Assembly (NCBI GenBank): GCA_038861395.1
Contig: JAWCDE010000005.1
Span: 5,022-69,021, forward strand
DNA from: Thermoproteota archaeon
GTDB taxonomy: Archaea > Thermoproteota > EX4484-205 > JAAOZP01
Reading direction: 5' to 3'
DNA: 64,000 bases
A program made the position numbers and the translations under genes. This document shows, in pieces, positions 19,501-28,338 of this stretch; position 1 is the first letter of the stretch; each line of letters starts with the position of its first letter. The notes beneath the pieces were generated by a model. That model was given only the letters and a program-made list of their open reading frames with translations, was not told where the DNA came from and did no database searches.

Positions 19501-21127
19501 CGCGATAACATCATTTACCTCTCTAACTCCTTCTCGAGTATCGAGGGATGTTGTCTGGCCAACTACGTATCCGCCGAGTTTGAACGAGATTCTGATAAAG
19601 CAGGGAAGAGGCGTGCCCCCAGGGATGCTTTCCGACAAAGTTTTGAGTGTAGTGAGTACAATGGCTGGAGACGAATACTATGTTCTGCCACGAGTATGGT
19701 TATATGCTAACTTAGATAGGACTTTAGGAGGAGCATTCCTTAGAGTTTACAGTGCCAGCAACTTTACTACAGTAAATGCTCTCATGGGTATAACTCAAGA
19801 AGACTTCAATCTGATTTTCGAGAAGATTAAGGGAAACATTACGCTGGGAAGTAGGATTCTCGGCGAAGACTCTGCGATAATATCTAGAACGTTGGCGAAA
19901 ACGCTGAATGTAGGGGTAGGGGATACTATAAGGGTTGCTGGAGTTAACTTTACAGTAATGGGGATTGTAGAATCCCCTGACCTTATCGACTACATTATTG
20001 AAGCAGATGGTTGGAATATTTTCCCAGGAAACCCGATTTACTTCCCAACTATAAGTAGGGATCAAACGCAGCAGGCTCCGGGTGCTATTCCACAGAATCT
20101 CGGAATCTCAACCACTATTCTAATACCTTATGAGAAAGCTCTGAGACTAGGAGGATATGTCGCTACAATAGCCTTGGTTCCTAAACAACCCACTTCCTAC
20201 GAGAATATGCTTAAGCTGGCGAGGGAGATCGCATATGCAACAGACTTGTCAATCTACGTCTCTCATGAAGGCTCTTCTCGTAGAATGTCCACTTATTCTA
20301 GCGTCCTCCTAGGAGGGTGGGAAATAATATGGATCATACTGATCATAGGCGCCTTGAACATTTTTACCACAGTCCTTGGCAGCTTGAAAGAGAGGGCTAG
20401 AGAGGTCTACATTTTCAGCGTAGTAGGCTTGTCCCCAATGGGTGTCACAGTATTCTTCATGACGGAAGTTCTAGTCTACGCTGTGATAAGCACCCTAATA
20501 GGGTATGTCAGCGGCTATTTCGTAACGAGGCTATTCATGCTACTGGGCATTCTACCATCTACTCACGTTTTCAACTTCGCATCCCTCTTCACAATCCTAG
20601 GCACTCTGATAGTAATCGCCTCGGCTCTCGCGGCCTCCTCGTATCCTTCCTACATCGCTTCCAGAGTTGTTACACCATCGTTGGAAAGAAGGTGGAAGTT
20701 TAAGACGAAGCCTAAGGAAGACGAGTGGGAAATACCCCTGTTGATAAGCATCCCTACTTTAGAGGAGAGCAAGGGGGTCATGGCATACTTGCACGAGTAC
20801 TATAGCGGAGGAGGGGCTGTGAAGGAGGGCATCCATATGGTTAAGGACCTTTATCCGCCGGACTACGAGAATCTTTCGCTAAGCCTGACAGCAAGCCTAT
20901 CGCCTTTTGAAGTAGGCGTCTTGCAAGCAGTCAATGTCTCAGCAAAGTTTAACGAGAGCATAAAGAGATATGAAGTCATCCTCCACCTCAAGAGGCTCTC
21001 GGGCCCGCAGAATATTTGGGAGACTTCGAACTACAGGTTCGTAAACGATTTGAGAAAACAGCTGTTAATGTGGGGATCGTTCTCAGCATCCGAGAAAGCG
21101 AAGTATATCTCTAAGGCAGCAGGCTAG
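16550..21127 (+). CDS. 1525-aa fusion: M28-peptidase-like/PA extracellular region + TM bundle + MacB/FtsX-like permease
   Basis: N-terminal TM; GSRMTGYPG, PA-like insert, LSTHFDSW; MRRRPLRA.L.L, LAKTLNVGVGD, KERAREVYIFSVVGLSP, SYPSYIASR. Confidence 0.8.
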   Translation: MTLRRRPMQIKDYRPSIIAIFLIALIALAGVQYFLTVISSASSPSTIPPSTETVDAQNLFPLNLQRMSSLIQEISSFGSRMTGYPGYYRALDYLYNYFKDELKITPVVHRYKVLVPYDEETYIEVLEPFSARFDAYALYPNGINPSPTPPEGIVGSLVYVKDGSLENFDGKDIEGNIVAMDFNSQDNWLKAANLGAQAVVFIEPESTLYPECEAKFLDTPICFPRVYVKKTDWDLLKNAGKIRLVSKVYWKEIEAVNLLAVINGTKSSDVIMLSTHFDSWSVVPGLASSKTELLPLALLLDYAHYLKENPPYYTVWLVLYSGHWQALKGPREFVEDYFFSEDLMSGRIAIRGNINFDLIASDCDGLQILQSSYYSTYGGNSIHGSGMSNRLGWFRCPSPSGSIIVDILLRDEVKSFCLQRLKANNSINLVNAAIDTGASGGYNINPVGSEPYPYMLDSEPVSIAGIAAFSITSRRSNRLYVGSPVSDEKYADLTVLDPYLQLALYITNELLNMEWKIERVRPERYLLVQSRGFPGYATLYGRVVAYNFSKGWYDGVPNAIVELKLNTQWGPSTYKLNRIVMKADEQGYFTVHGVPISGAAAGGNVVIPFSRWVAQAWVLDDKGTILMATDMGQFGMSRFPQEVIILHEHENITVVVAKVVSVEMFDFELPTELTTPSIRDPRAGTFERWRFSRADLIPLEFYSKSIPISFGSYCNGWEPVAIAWIQPDVRFAVLGTAALLTNSSAENTEGYGLYAKYGEKIRVRFSALQVARDLYYISYGRYAELAKKNVGSPSADETLNKAKEYLEKAEEYLSNKKYSEAYTCALMARAYGAKAYGMEVMPLINDSARSLLYIFIIIILGAFFLEKVLVHAQGNKRLIAIVAFGGFFLGLFAIVHPVFGLMSNISLGMIGSLILVVLLITVIILLSLSEEVRAGIEKRILGVHRAEISRLDTAMISFSLGSEHMRRRPLRAILVLLTMITMIIAITSFTSLTPSRVSRDVVWPTTYPPSLNEILIKQGRGVPPGMLSDKVLSVVSTMAGDEYYVLPRVWLYANLDRTLGGAFLRVYSASNFTTVNALMGITQEDFNLIFEKIKGNITLGSRILGEDSAIISRTLAKTLNVGVGDTIRVAGVNFTVMGIVESPDLIDYIIEADGWNIFPGNPIYFPTISRDQTQQAPGAIPQNLGISTTILIPYEKALRLGGYVATIALVPKQPTSYENMLKLAREIAYATDLSIYVSHEGSSRRMSTYSSVLLGGWEIIWIILIIGALNIFTTVLGSLKERAREVYIFSVVGLSPMGVTVFFMTEVLVYAVISTLIGYVSGYFVTRLFMLLGILPSTHVFNFASLFTILGTLIVIASALAASSYPSYIASRVVTPSLERRWKFKTKPKEDEWEIPLLISIPTLEESKGVMAYLHEYYSGGGAVKEGIHMVKDLYPPDYENLSLSLTASLSPFEVGVLQAVNVSAKFNESIKRYEVILHLKRLSGPQNIWETSNYRFVNDLRKQLLMWGSFSASEKAKYISKAAG

Positions 21128-21779
21128 TATAAGTAAAATCCTCTACTTTTTTCGCTAACCCTAATACCGTTAGATAACTTCTCCCAGTGCCCCCGCCGCT
21201 GAAAGGCATACCGTACATTAAATGAGCCCTCAAAATCCATGAGACGGATTGAGGAGACTCTAGATACTCCTTAACTAGTCTGCCGATTACTAGGCCCCTG
21301 CCGGAGGCAAGCATGTAGTATTCGAGCAGTTCAGCAGGTATTAGCCTTGGAAATATTTCTAAAAGCTCCAACCTGCTCTTCTTAATGTCTTTCTCAACAT
21401 TCTTATCGTTCTTCAACATTGAGAAAAGTCCCCCTCCTTCTGGTAATGGAATCTTACTTTTAAGCGCGGAGAGCTCACTCCACCTCCTAACTTCCACTCT
21501 CTTAACCAATACTCCTTTCACCTCCAGTTCCACGGATTCCGACAGCATTTTCTTCAACAATTGAGAACGTTCTCTGTCTCGAACTCTGTCCTCCGGGATA
21601 TCGAGTACTCCAATAATCTCAAACTTCATGTCAAGACTAAACTGCATCCTCCTCACTATAATCATTGAAGTAAAATTGGGCTGTTTAACCGGCTTAACTA
21701 GGAGGTTTCCTCTCTGCGTTTCTTCTACCGATGCTTCAAACTTCTCCAAAGTTTTCTTTACAGCCCTTGTCCAAGACAT
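21111..21779 (-). CDS. Hypothetical protein (222 aa)
   Basis: Clean ORF, convergent with and overlapping the end of the FtsX gene, divergent from the OPT-like gene. Confidence 0.65.
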   Translation of the reverse strand: MSWTRAVKKTLEKFEASVEETQRGNLLVKPVKQPNFTSMIIVRRMQFSLDMKFEIIGVLDIPEDRVRDRERSQLLKKMLSESVELEVKGVLVKRVEVRRWSELSALKSKIPLPEGGGLFSMLKNDKNVEKDIKKSRLELLEIFPRLIPAELLEYYMLASGRGLVIGRLVKEYLESPQSVSWILRAHLMYGMPFSGGGTGRSYLTVLGLAKKVEDFTYTSLLP

Positions 21780-21934
21780 TCTTACTGTCAGGAGGCTATT
21801 TCACTGGTATGATATAACTTTGTGCCTTGGGTTTACTGTCACGATGGGTGTTAAGCCGTTCGGATAGGGTTTTCAGCCTATTTTTCAACACCGCTAAAGA
21901 AAATTAGAGTTACCATTGATGATTTTTTTAGCAA

Positions 21935-21980
21935 AACTTAAATACTTACTATCTGTATAACATATACGAAGGTGAAAATA
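21935..21980 (+). promoter_or_regulatory. Putative promoter/SD of OPT-like copy 1; 22-bp block AACATATACGAAGGTGAAAATA is identical upstream of copy 2
   Basis: 21959-21980 equals the reverse complement of 43916-43937; contains a GGTGA SD; TTAAATA TATA-like box upstream in both copies. Confidence 0.6.
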
Positions 21981-21983
21981 TAT

Positions 21984-24083
21984 ATGGCTACGGAAGTAGA
22001 GCTAAAAACAGGCTTAACCGTAAAATCGCTTGCCTTTTCAATCCCCTTGACACTGATATTTGCAGTACTCTCAGCCATAATGGGTACCTACACTGATAAG
22101 ACCGGGACGTTCGGAACCTTCATCCTCCCTATGATTTACATCGTGATCATCCTAGAGCTGCTTGGGAGAGCAAGCCCTAAGGCGAGGCTGACTCCCCAGG
22201 AATACGTTTTCGTGTTCACAATGTTCACATGCCTAGGCATGCACAGTTATCTGACGATGCATGCTGCCGCCCACCACAATCCTATTAACATGCCTTTGTA
22301 CGGAGCGTTTAGCGACTACCTGGCTTTTGGGATAGGCGACTTAAGAGACCCCTGGAGCAGAGCTGTTCCTTCCGTAATAGTTGCACCCGAGCCGGTGCGC
22401 TTCGACATTGCGACGATGCTTCTCAACGGGAGGGCTCCGGGTCAAGCAGTACCATGGGGATACTTAATGACTTCGATAGTGTACTGGGGACTGATATACC
22501 TGTTCTACTCTTTCATAAGCATATTCGTAGCTTTCACCGTAGGAAGGGTCTGGATAGAGGAGGAGAGGCTAGTGTTCCCATTGGCATTGCCCTCGCTCCA
22601 CTTGTTCAAGGAGGCGGGGGAAATCGACCCGGCTACGAACAAATCTAGGCTCTTTGACTTCAAGCTGGCAACTACGAAAGTCTTCTGGGGAATGTTCCTA
22701 ATAGGCGCGCTCGGTGGCATAATCCCCGTTGTGGTTGAGCTCTGGCCAGCGTTCCCAGCATCCGCCTGGTGGGGTGAGAACAGGGTTGACATGCCATTCC
22801 TGGCACAGGCAATACCCGGTGCCTACGCATCGTTCATCTTCTTCATACCTCAAATAGCCGTCGGGCTGGTCATGCCTAACGATGCTTTAGTAACACTAAT
22901 TCTGGGGTGGATAATCTTTGGTGTAATATACCAAGGGCTAGCAGTGGCCATGGGCTGGATGGCATACTCGCCTGGCATGGAGTTCCTCTGGCCTTGGGAT
23001 AGCGGTGCGGGGACGACATTAATGCCGTTCCCCTACAGGCTCGTCGGCTCAACCGGTTTAGCGCTTGGAATAGCGGTATGGTGCATCTACACTCAGAGGA
23101 AGAGATTCCTAAGCGTGTTCTCATCCCTGTGGAAGGGCGGTGAGGAGAGAGGCCTTTCATTGAGGATTGTTTCACTACTGGTGCTAATAGGTGCCTTCGG
23201 ATGGTACGCGTTGATGCTCGTAGAAGGAGCCGACCCGCTCGTCGCCCTGCTCATACCCTTATGGGGCTTCCTGTTCAACGTTTTCTACGCAAGAGTATAC
23301 GCAGAAGTGTTCTGGCACGTGGGCACTGGCTGGGGCCAGGGCACAGCTGTCTGGGAGCCGACTTACCTAGTTGGAGTAGGGTTAAGGGGATGGCCTGCTC
23401 CCGAGGCAGTAACATGGAACACGCCTATGACTGACCCCGGCTGGTTCACGATAGCTAGGAACATCGCTAACGTTGGCCACTGGAACATATCGTTCTCCCC
23501 GCTTGCATCGGGACACATGGTGACGCTTTACAAGCTTGCCTATGATCTTAAGATGAGGCTTAAGGACCTGTTGATTGCCATCATCATAAGCATACTGATA
23601 CTCCTATTCATATTCGTACCACTAGTATCCTACTTCATGTTCAATACGAAAGGCGGGATAAGCCAGCTTGGCGACATGTATACGTGGTGGCCATGGATTG
23701 CGCAAGGCCAGTATCATAGGGGTAGAGCTGCGCCAACCGGCATGACTATAGAATACTCGTTACTAGTGGTTAACCTACTAGGATTCGTGCTGGCTATAGT
23801 GCTCTACATACTTAAGCTGAAGGTGCCGATCTTCTGGTTCATAAACGTCCCAGCGCTCTCCATAGCCATGACCATACCAACATACATGTGGATGACTTCG
23901 CTGATTGCCTTGATCATAAAGTTCGTCGTAATAAGGACTGTTGGCATTAAGAAGTACGAGGAGTATGCTATTCCTATTGTAGCAGGCTGGATCCTGGGAT
24001 TCGGAGCCATGTGGCTGCCGGCTGCAATACTAAACCTAGTCGGGCCGACAGCAACAAGGTTCTCAACACTATTCGCACCCTAA
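21984..24083 (+). CDS. OPT-superfamily / DUF6785-like polytopic membrane protein, copy 1
   Basis: GLT..S N-terminus, LTPQE, WIEEERLVFPLA, many TM helices, Trp-rich loops; close paralog at 41821-43911. Confidence 0.75.
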   Translation: MATEVELKTGLTVKSLAFSIPLTLIFAVLSAIMGTYTDKTGTFGTFILPMIYIVIILELLGRASPKARLTPQEYVFVFTMFTCLGMHSYLTMHAAAHHNPINMPLYGAFSDYLAFGIGDLRDPWSRAVPSVIVAPEPVRFDIATMLLNGRAPGQAVPWGYLMTSIVYWGLIYLFYSFISIFVAFTVGRVWIEEERLVFPLALPSLHLFKEAGEIDPATNKSRLFDFKLATTKVFWGMFLIGALGGIIPVVVELWPAFPASAWWGENRVDMPFLAQAIPGAYASFIFFIPQIAVGLVMPNDALVTLILGWIIFGVIYQGLAVAMGWMAYSPGMEFLWPWDSGAGTTLMPFPYRLVGSTGLALGIAVWCIYTQRKRFLSVFSSLWKGGEERGLSLRIVSLLVLIGAFGWYALMLVEGADPLVALLIPLWGFLFNVFYARVYAEVFWHVGTGWGQGTAVWEPTYLVGVGLRGWPAPEAVTWNTPMTDPGWFTIARNIANVGHWNISFSPLASGHMVTLYKLAYDLKMRLKDLLIAIIISILILLFIFVPLVSYFMFNTKGGISQLGDMYTWWPWIAQGQYHRGRAAPTGMTIEYSLLVVNLLGFVLAIVLYILKLKVPIFWFINVPALSIAMTIPTYMWMTSLIALIIKFVVIRTVGIKKYEEYAIPIVAGWILGFGAMWLPAAILNLVGPTATRFSTLFAP
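22401..22459. repeat. 59-bp perfect inverted-repeat patch shared with 43436-43494
   Basis: TTCGACATTG...ACCATGGGG is identical in both OPT-like paralogs. Confidence 0.85.
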
Positions 24084-24128
24084 AAACACTAAACCCTCTC
24101 TTTTTTCTTTCTAAAATTTTAAACTTCT
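23880..24128. repeat. 249-bp perfect inverted repeat, left arm (3' end and downstream tract of OPT-like copy 1)
   Basis: Read base by base, identical to the reverse complement of 41776-42024. Confidence 0.9.
24094..24112 (+). terminator. Pyrimidine/oligo-T archaeal terminator-like tract
   Basis: CCCTCTCTTTTTTCTTTCT just after the stop; the same tract follows copy 2. Confidence 0.5.
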
Positions 24129-24216
24129 CTAACTCTAAACCATGTTAAGAGCGTATCTTGAATTATTTAAATCATAGTTAAAAATTTAAAGGCTACAAAA
24201 ATCTGTTAGAAGATTG

Positions 24217-25656
24217 ATGAAGCTAGGTAAGCATGCTTACTTAATCATTCTCTTTGTAATATTTCTACTGTTATTGTTCTCGTCTTACAGCTTGTTTACC
24301 TGTTTCCAATCCCTTAGGAGGATGGAGAGTCAGCTTGACGAGTATGATAAGGATTTCAAATCCTTGGCAAGCCTTATATTCGGTTTATATTACGACGATT
24401 ATGGGGGAGTATTGCACACGAAAGGAAGAGCCACAGGTTTCTTCCATGTTGAGAAGATTGGCGATGTATGGTGGATAATAAACCCTGAGGGGAACGTTTT
24501 TCTTTCGAAAGGAGTCAATGCAATAAACTTTCAAGGAGATTACTCGCCAGCACTCGGGTATAGTCCTTATAACAGAGCTGTGTTAAGGAAGTACGGAAAC
24601 TCAGAGACTTGGGCTAGGGCGACAGTTACAAGGCTTTGCGAATATGGTTTTAATACTATTGGTGCATGGTCAAGCGAGGAACTTTTTACTCAGGGAATAC
24701 CTTACACAATCATTCTTAACATCGCAGCCAGGGCAGGAGCAGAATGGGTTAGCGGCAGGGTTACGGACTTTTTCTCACAAGATTTTGAAAGGATTGCAAA
24801 CGAGGTGGCTGAGGAAATATGTGCCGCTAGGAGGAATGATCCTTATCTTTTAGGCTACTTCACTGACAATGAGCTAAGATGGTCTCCGGATTGGAGATCA
24901 TCTAAACATCTTTTCGACGACTATATTGCTCTGGAAAGGGATGCACCGGGTAAAAGAGCCTTAGTCCAATATTTAGAGAGCAAGTATGGAAGCATAAGAG
25001 AGCTCAATGCGAAATGGGGTATGAGCTTCAATTCTTTTGAAGACATTCTCGATACTTATACGCTTCCCCAAAGCAGTTTAATAGATCCTGATAGGCTAGG
25101 CTTCTTGGAGGTCATTTCTAGAAGGTATTTCCAAGTTTGTCATGATGCAATAAGAAGGCACGATCCAAACCATATGATTTTAGGGTGTAGATTCGCATTT
25201 AGACCTCCTGACGAGGTTTTGAAAGGATGCATAGGCTATATCGATGTAATTTCAATGAACAACTATGGGTGGGAGCCTCCTGTCGAAGACCTTAGGGAAA
25301 TGCATAATTTAACAGGCCTACCGATAATGATAACGGAGTTTTCGTTTAAAGCAATGGATTCAGGTCTGCCAAATACGCGAGGAGCCGGGTCCCCATTAGC
25401 AACGCAGAAAGACAGAGCAGAACGATTTGAAAAATATGTTAGTAAACTCCTGTCTGAGCCTTACATAGTCGGTTATCACTGGTTCCAATACGCAGACCAG
25501 CCAGCGCAGGGAAGGTTCGACGGGGAAAATAGCAATTTCGGTCTTGTTAACATAGAGGACGAGCCCTGGAAGATTTTAGTTACAAGGGCTACGGTCGTCA
25601 ATCTTAAAGCTGAACTCATACATGCAAGGTCCGTTGAAAAATCTAATCCGCCTTAG
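24217..25656 (+). CDS. Membrane-anchored GH50-like glycoside hydrolase
   Basis: N-terminal TM; ATGFFHVEK...WWIINPEG, GFNTIGAWS, LLGYFTDNEL, ITEFSF, VGYHWFQYADQP..GRFDGENSNFG. Confidence 0.8.
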   Translation: MKLGKHAYLIILFVIFLLLLFSSYSLFTCFQSLRRMESQLDEYDKDFKSLASLIFGLYYDDYGGVLHTKGRATGFFHVEKIGDVWWIINPEGNVFLSKGVNAINFQGDYSPALGYSPYNRAVLRKYGNSETWARATVTRLCEYGFNTIGAWSSEELFTQGIPYTIILNIAARAGAEWVSGRVTDFFSQDFERIANEVAEEICAARRNDPYLLGYFTDNELRWSPDWRSSKHLFDDYIALERDAPGKRALVQYLESKYGSIRELNAKWGMSFNSFEDILDTYTLPQSSLIDPDRLGFLEVISRRYFQVCHDAIRRHDPNHMILGCRFAFRPPDEVLKGCIGYIDVISMNNYGWEPPVEDLREMHNLTGLPIMITEFSFKAMDSGLPNTRGAGSPLATQKDRAERFEKYVSKLLSEPYIVGYHWFQYADQPAQGRFDGENSNFGLVNIEDEPWKILVTRATVVNLKAELIHARSVEKSNPP

Positions 25657-25920
25657 TTTTTAGTAAGATCATATTTGCAACATTAAATCCTTTTTCTATT
25701 CGTCACGAGGGTTTGTCGATAAGAATTGCTTAAACATGAAACATTCAATAAAATTCGATGAATTGAGCAACCTGATTCGAAGGTTGCTGCATGATTCCAG
25801 TATCAATTATGACGAGACTCTAACCATGTTCTTAACCGACTTATAAAACATCTAAAACGATTTACTGTACGTGTTAAAACTATAAATATTGTAAAAACTT
25901 AACATGATTGGTGTGGAAGG

Positions 25921-28224
25921 ATGAGGGACAAGCCTGTTTACCTAGATTCTTCAGCCCCGGTGGATCTAAGAGTGAAGGACCTTTTGAGAAGAATGACTCT
26001 GGAGGAGAAGATAGCTCAACTCCAGAGTCTCTGGCTGAGAATAGGAGGAGAAGTACTTACTGAGGATAAGTTTAAAGAACTAGCTGGGAAAGGTATCGGG
26101 GAAATAACGCGTGCTTCAGGAGCCTTAGGAGTTAAACCGGGAGAAGGCGCAAGAATAGTTAATGAAATCCAGAAGTTTCTAGTTGAAGAGACTAGGCTGG
26201 GCATACCAGCTATAATCCACGAAGAGTGTTTAACCGGCTTCTTAGCAATGGGCGCCACAGCCTTTCCTCAAGCAATAGGCTTGGCCAGTACGTGGAATCC
26301 CGAGCTTATTGAACAAGTTGCCTCTGTAATAAGGAGACAGATGAGAGCATGCGGAGCCCATCAGGGTCTTGCACCAGTACTCGATGTTGCGAGAGACCCG
26401 AGATGGGGGAGAACAGAGGAGACCTATGGGGAAGACCCCTATCTTGTTGCACGCATAGGGGTTTCCTACGTTAAGGGTCTTCAAGGAGAGGATCTGAGAA
26501 ACGGAATAATTGCTACTGCTAAGCATTTTGCCGCTCACGGTTTTCCGGAGGGGGGTAGGAACTGTGCACCAGTCCACGCTACTCCGAGAGAGTTTAGGGA
26601 AGTATTTCTATTCCCCTTCGAAGCCGTGGTTAAGCTGGCTGGAGTATATTCAATCATGAATGCATATCACGATATAGATGGTGTTCCATGCGCTTCTTCA
26701 AGGGTTCTTCTCACCGACATTCTCAGGGGCGAGTGGGGTTTCAATGGATTTGTAGTATCGGACTACTTCGCCATAAGAATGCTTGAAAACTTCCATTGTA
26801 CTGCTTCAGACGCTAAAGACGCTGCCGTAAAGGCGATTATTGCAGGCATAGACGTTGAGCTACCTTTAGTCGACTGCTACGGTAAGCCCCTTCTAGATGC
26901 GGTGAGCGAAGGCCTCGTACCCGAGGGAATAATAGACATAGCTGTATCCAGGGTTTTAAGGGCTAAGTTCCTACTCGGCTTGTTCGAAAACCCTTATGTT
27001 AAGGCTGAGGAAGCTGCCGGGCAACTGGATAGGGAAGAGGATAGGGCTTTAGCTCTTAGGGCGGCTAGAGAATCCATAGTTCTCCTTAAGAACAATGGTG
27101 TTTTGCCAATACCTAGCTCAGTAAGGTCTATAGCTGTAGTCGGTCCTAATGCTGACAGTAAGAGGAATCTTCATGGAGACTATAGTTTCACTGCCCACAT
27201 GGATAGTAAAGACAGGCCTCCCGGCTACGACGAAATATTTCAAGAAGGTGCTGTGAGGACTGTAAGCATACTCGAGGGTATTAAGAGCAGAGCCCCTCCG
27301 AGCGTTACTATTAACTATGCAAAGGGCTGCGACATAACGGGGGATTCGAAAGAAGGCTTCAAAGAGGCTGTTGATATTGCTATGAAATCAGACATAGTGA
27401 TAGCTGTAATGGGTGAAAAATCCGGCATGTTTGAAACAGGTGTTTCAGGAGAGGGCTGCGATCGCTACTCGCTTAAGCTTCCCGGAGTGCAGGAGGACCT
27501 AATGAAAGAGCTCTGTAACACAGAGAAGCCCATAGTTTTAGTCTTGGTAAACGGTAGGCCGCTTTCACTCGGATGGATAGCTGAGAAATGTTCGGCTATA
27601 ATCGAAGCATGGTATCCCGGTGAGGAAGGAGGTAATGCTGTAGCGGACGTTCTTTTCGGATATTATAATCCTGGAGGGAAACTCCCAATAACGTTTCCAA
27701 AAGACGTGGGACAGATACCGTTAAACTACAGTAGAAGACATTCTTCCTTTAGGAACTACGTGGGAATGGATGCTAAACCATTATTCCCGTTTGGACACGG
27801 ACTAAGCTACACGCGTTTTGAATACAGCTCGCTAGAAATAAACCCCAGCAATATTAGCCCCATGGGGCAGGTTAAGATACGCTTCAAACTGAAGAATTCA
27901 GGAGATAGAATGGGCGATGAGGTTGTTCAACTCTATGTGAGAGATATTGTTGCCAGTGTTGCCAGACCAATAATGGAGCTTAAAGGTTTTAAAAGGGTAA
28001 GTTTAAAACCGGGAGAGGTGAAAGAAGTAGAGTTCACTCTCTTTGCGGAACAGCTTGCATTCTACGACGAATATATGAGGCTGGTTGTTGAACCAGGGGT
28101 TTTCGAAGTGATGATTGGAAGCTCCTCCGAAGACATAAGGCTGAGAGGCGAGTTTAAAGTGGTTGGAGAAACTAGGGTAATTAAGAATAGAACCATTTTC
28201 TTCAGCGAAGTCGAAGTAAAGTAA
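25921..28224 (+). CDS. Glycoside hydrolase family 3 beta-glucosidase/xylosidase (cytoplasmic)
   Basis: MTLEEKIAQL, RDPRWGRTEETYGED, KHFAAH, VVSDY nucleophile, GEGCDR, PFGHGLSYT, Fn3-like C-terminus; no signal peptide. Confidence 0.95.
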   Translation: MRDKPVYLDSSAPVDLRVKDLLRRMTLEEKIAQLQSLWLRIGGEVLTEDKFKELAGKGIGEITRASGALGVKPGEGARIVNEIQKFLVEETRLGIPAIIHEECLTGFLAMGATAFPQAIGLASTWNPELIEQVASVIRRQMRACGAHQGLAPVLDVARDPRWGRTEETYGEDPYLVARIGVSYVKGLQGEDLRNGIIATAKHFAAHGFPEGGRNCAPVHATPREFREVFLFPFEAVVKLAGVYSIMNAYHDIDGVPCASSRVLLTDILRGEWGFNGFVVSDYFAIRMLENFHCTASDAKDAAVKAIIAGIDVELPLVDCYGKPLLDAVSEGLVPEGIIDIAVSRVLRAKFLLGLFENPYVKAEEAAGQLDREEDRALALRAARESIVLLKNNGVLPIPSSVRSIAVVGPNADSKRNLHGDYSFTAHMDSKDRPPGYDEIFQEGAVRTVSILEGIKSRAPPSVTINYAKGCDITGDSKEGFKEAVDIAMKSDIVIAVMGEKSGMFETGVSGEGCDRYSLKLPGVQEDLMKELCNTEKPIVLVLVNGRPLSLGWIAEKCSAIIEAWYPGEEGGNAVADVLFGYYNPGGKLPITFPKDVGQIPLNYSRRHSSFRNYVGMDAKPLFPFGHGLSYTRFEYSSLEINPSNISPMGQVKIRFKLKNSGDRMGDEVVQLYVRDIVASVARPIMELKGFKRVSLKPGEVKEVEFTLFAEQLAFYDEYMRLVVEPGVFEVMIGSSSEDIRLRGEFKVVGETRVIKNRTIFFSEVEVK

Positions 28225-28338
28225 TTCGATCTTCATTAATTTTTAATTTTAATACTAAATAGTCGATCCAGGTTAAAATATTGTTGGCTGCACATTAAGA
28301 AAGCATTTTAAATCGAGAAATCCTGTCCTTCCTTACGA

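Noticed and set aside
25766-25788. Hairpin AGCAACCT-GATTCGA-AGGTTGCT resembling a tRNA T-arm
   Set aside because: No acceptor, D or anticodon arms around it; at most a local stem-loop.
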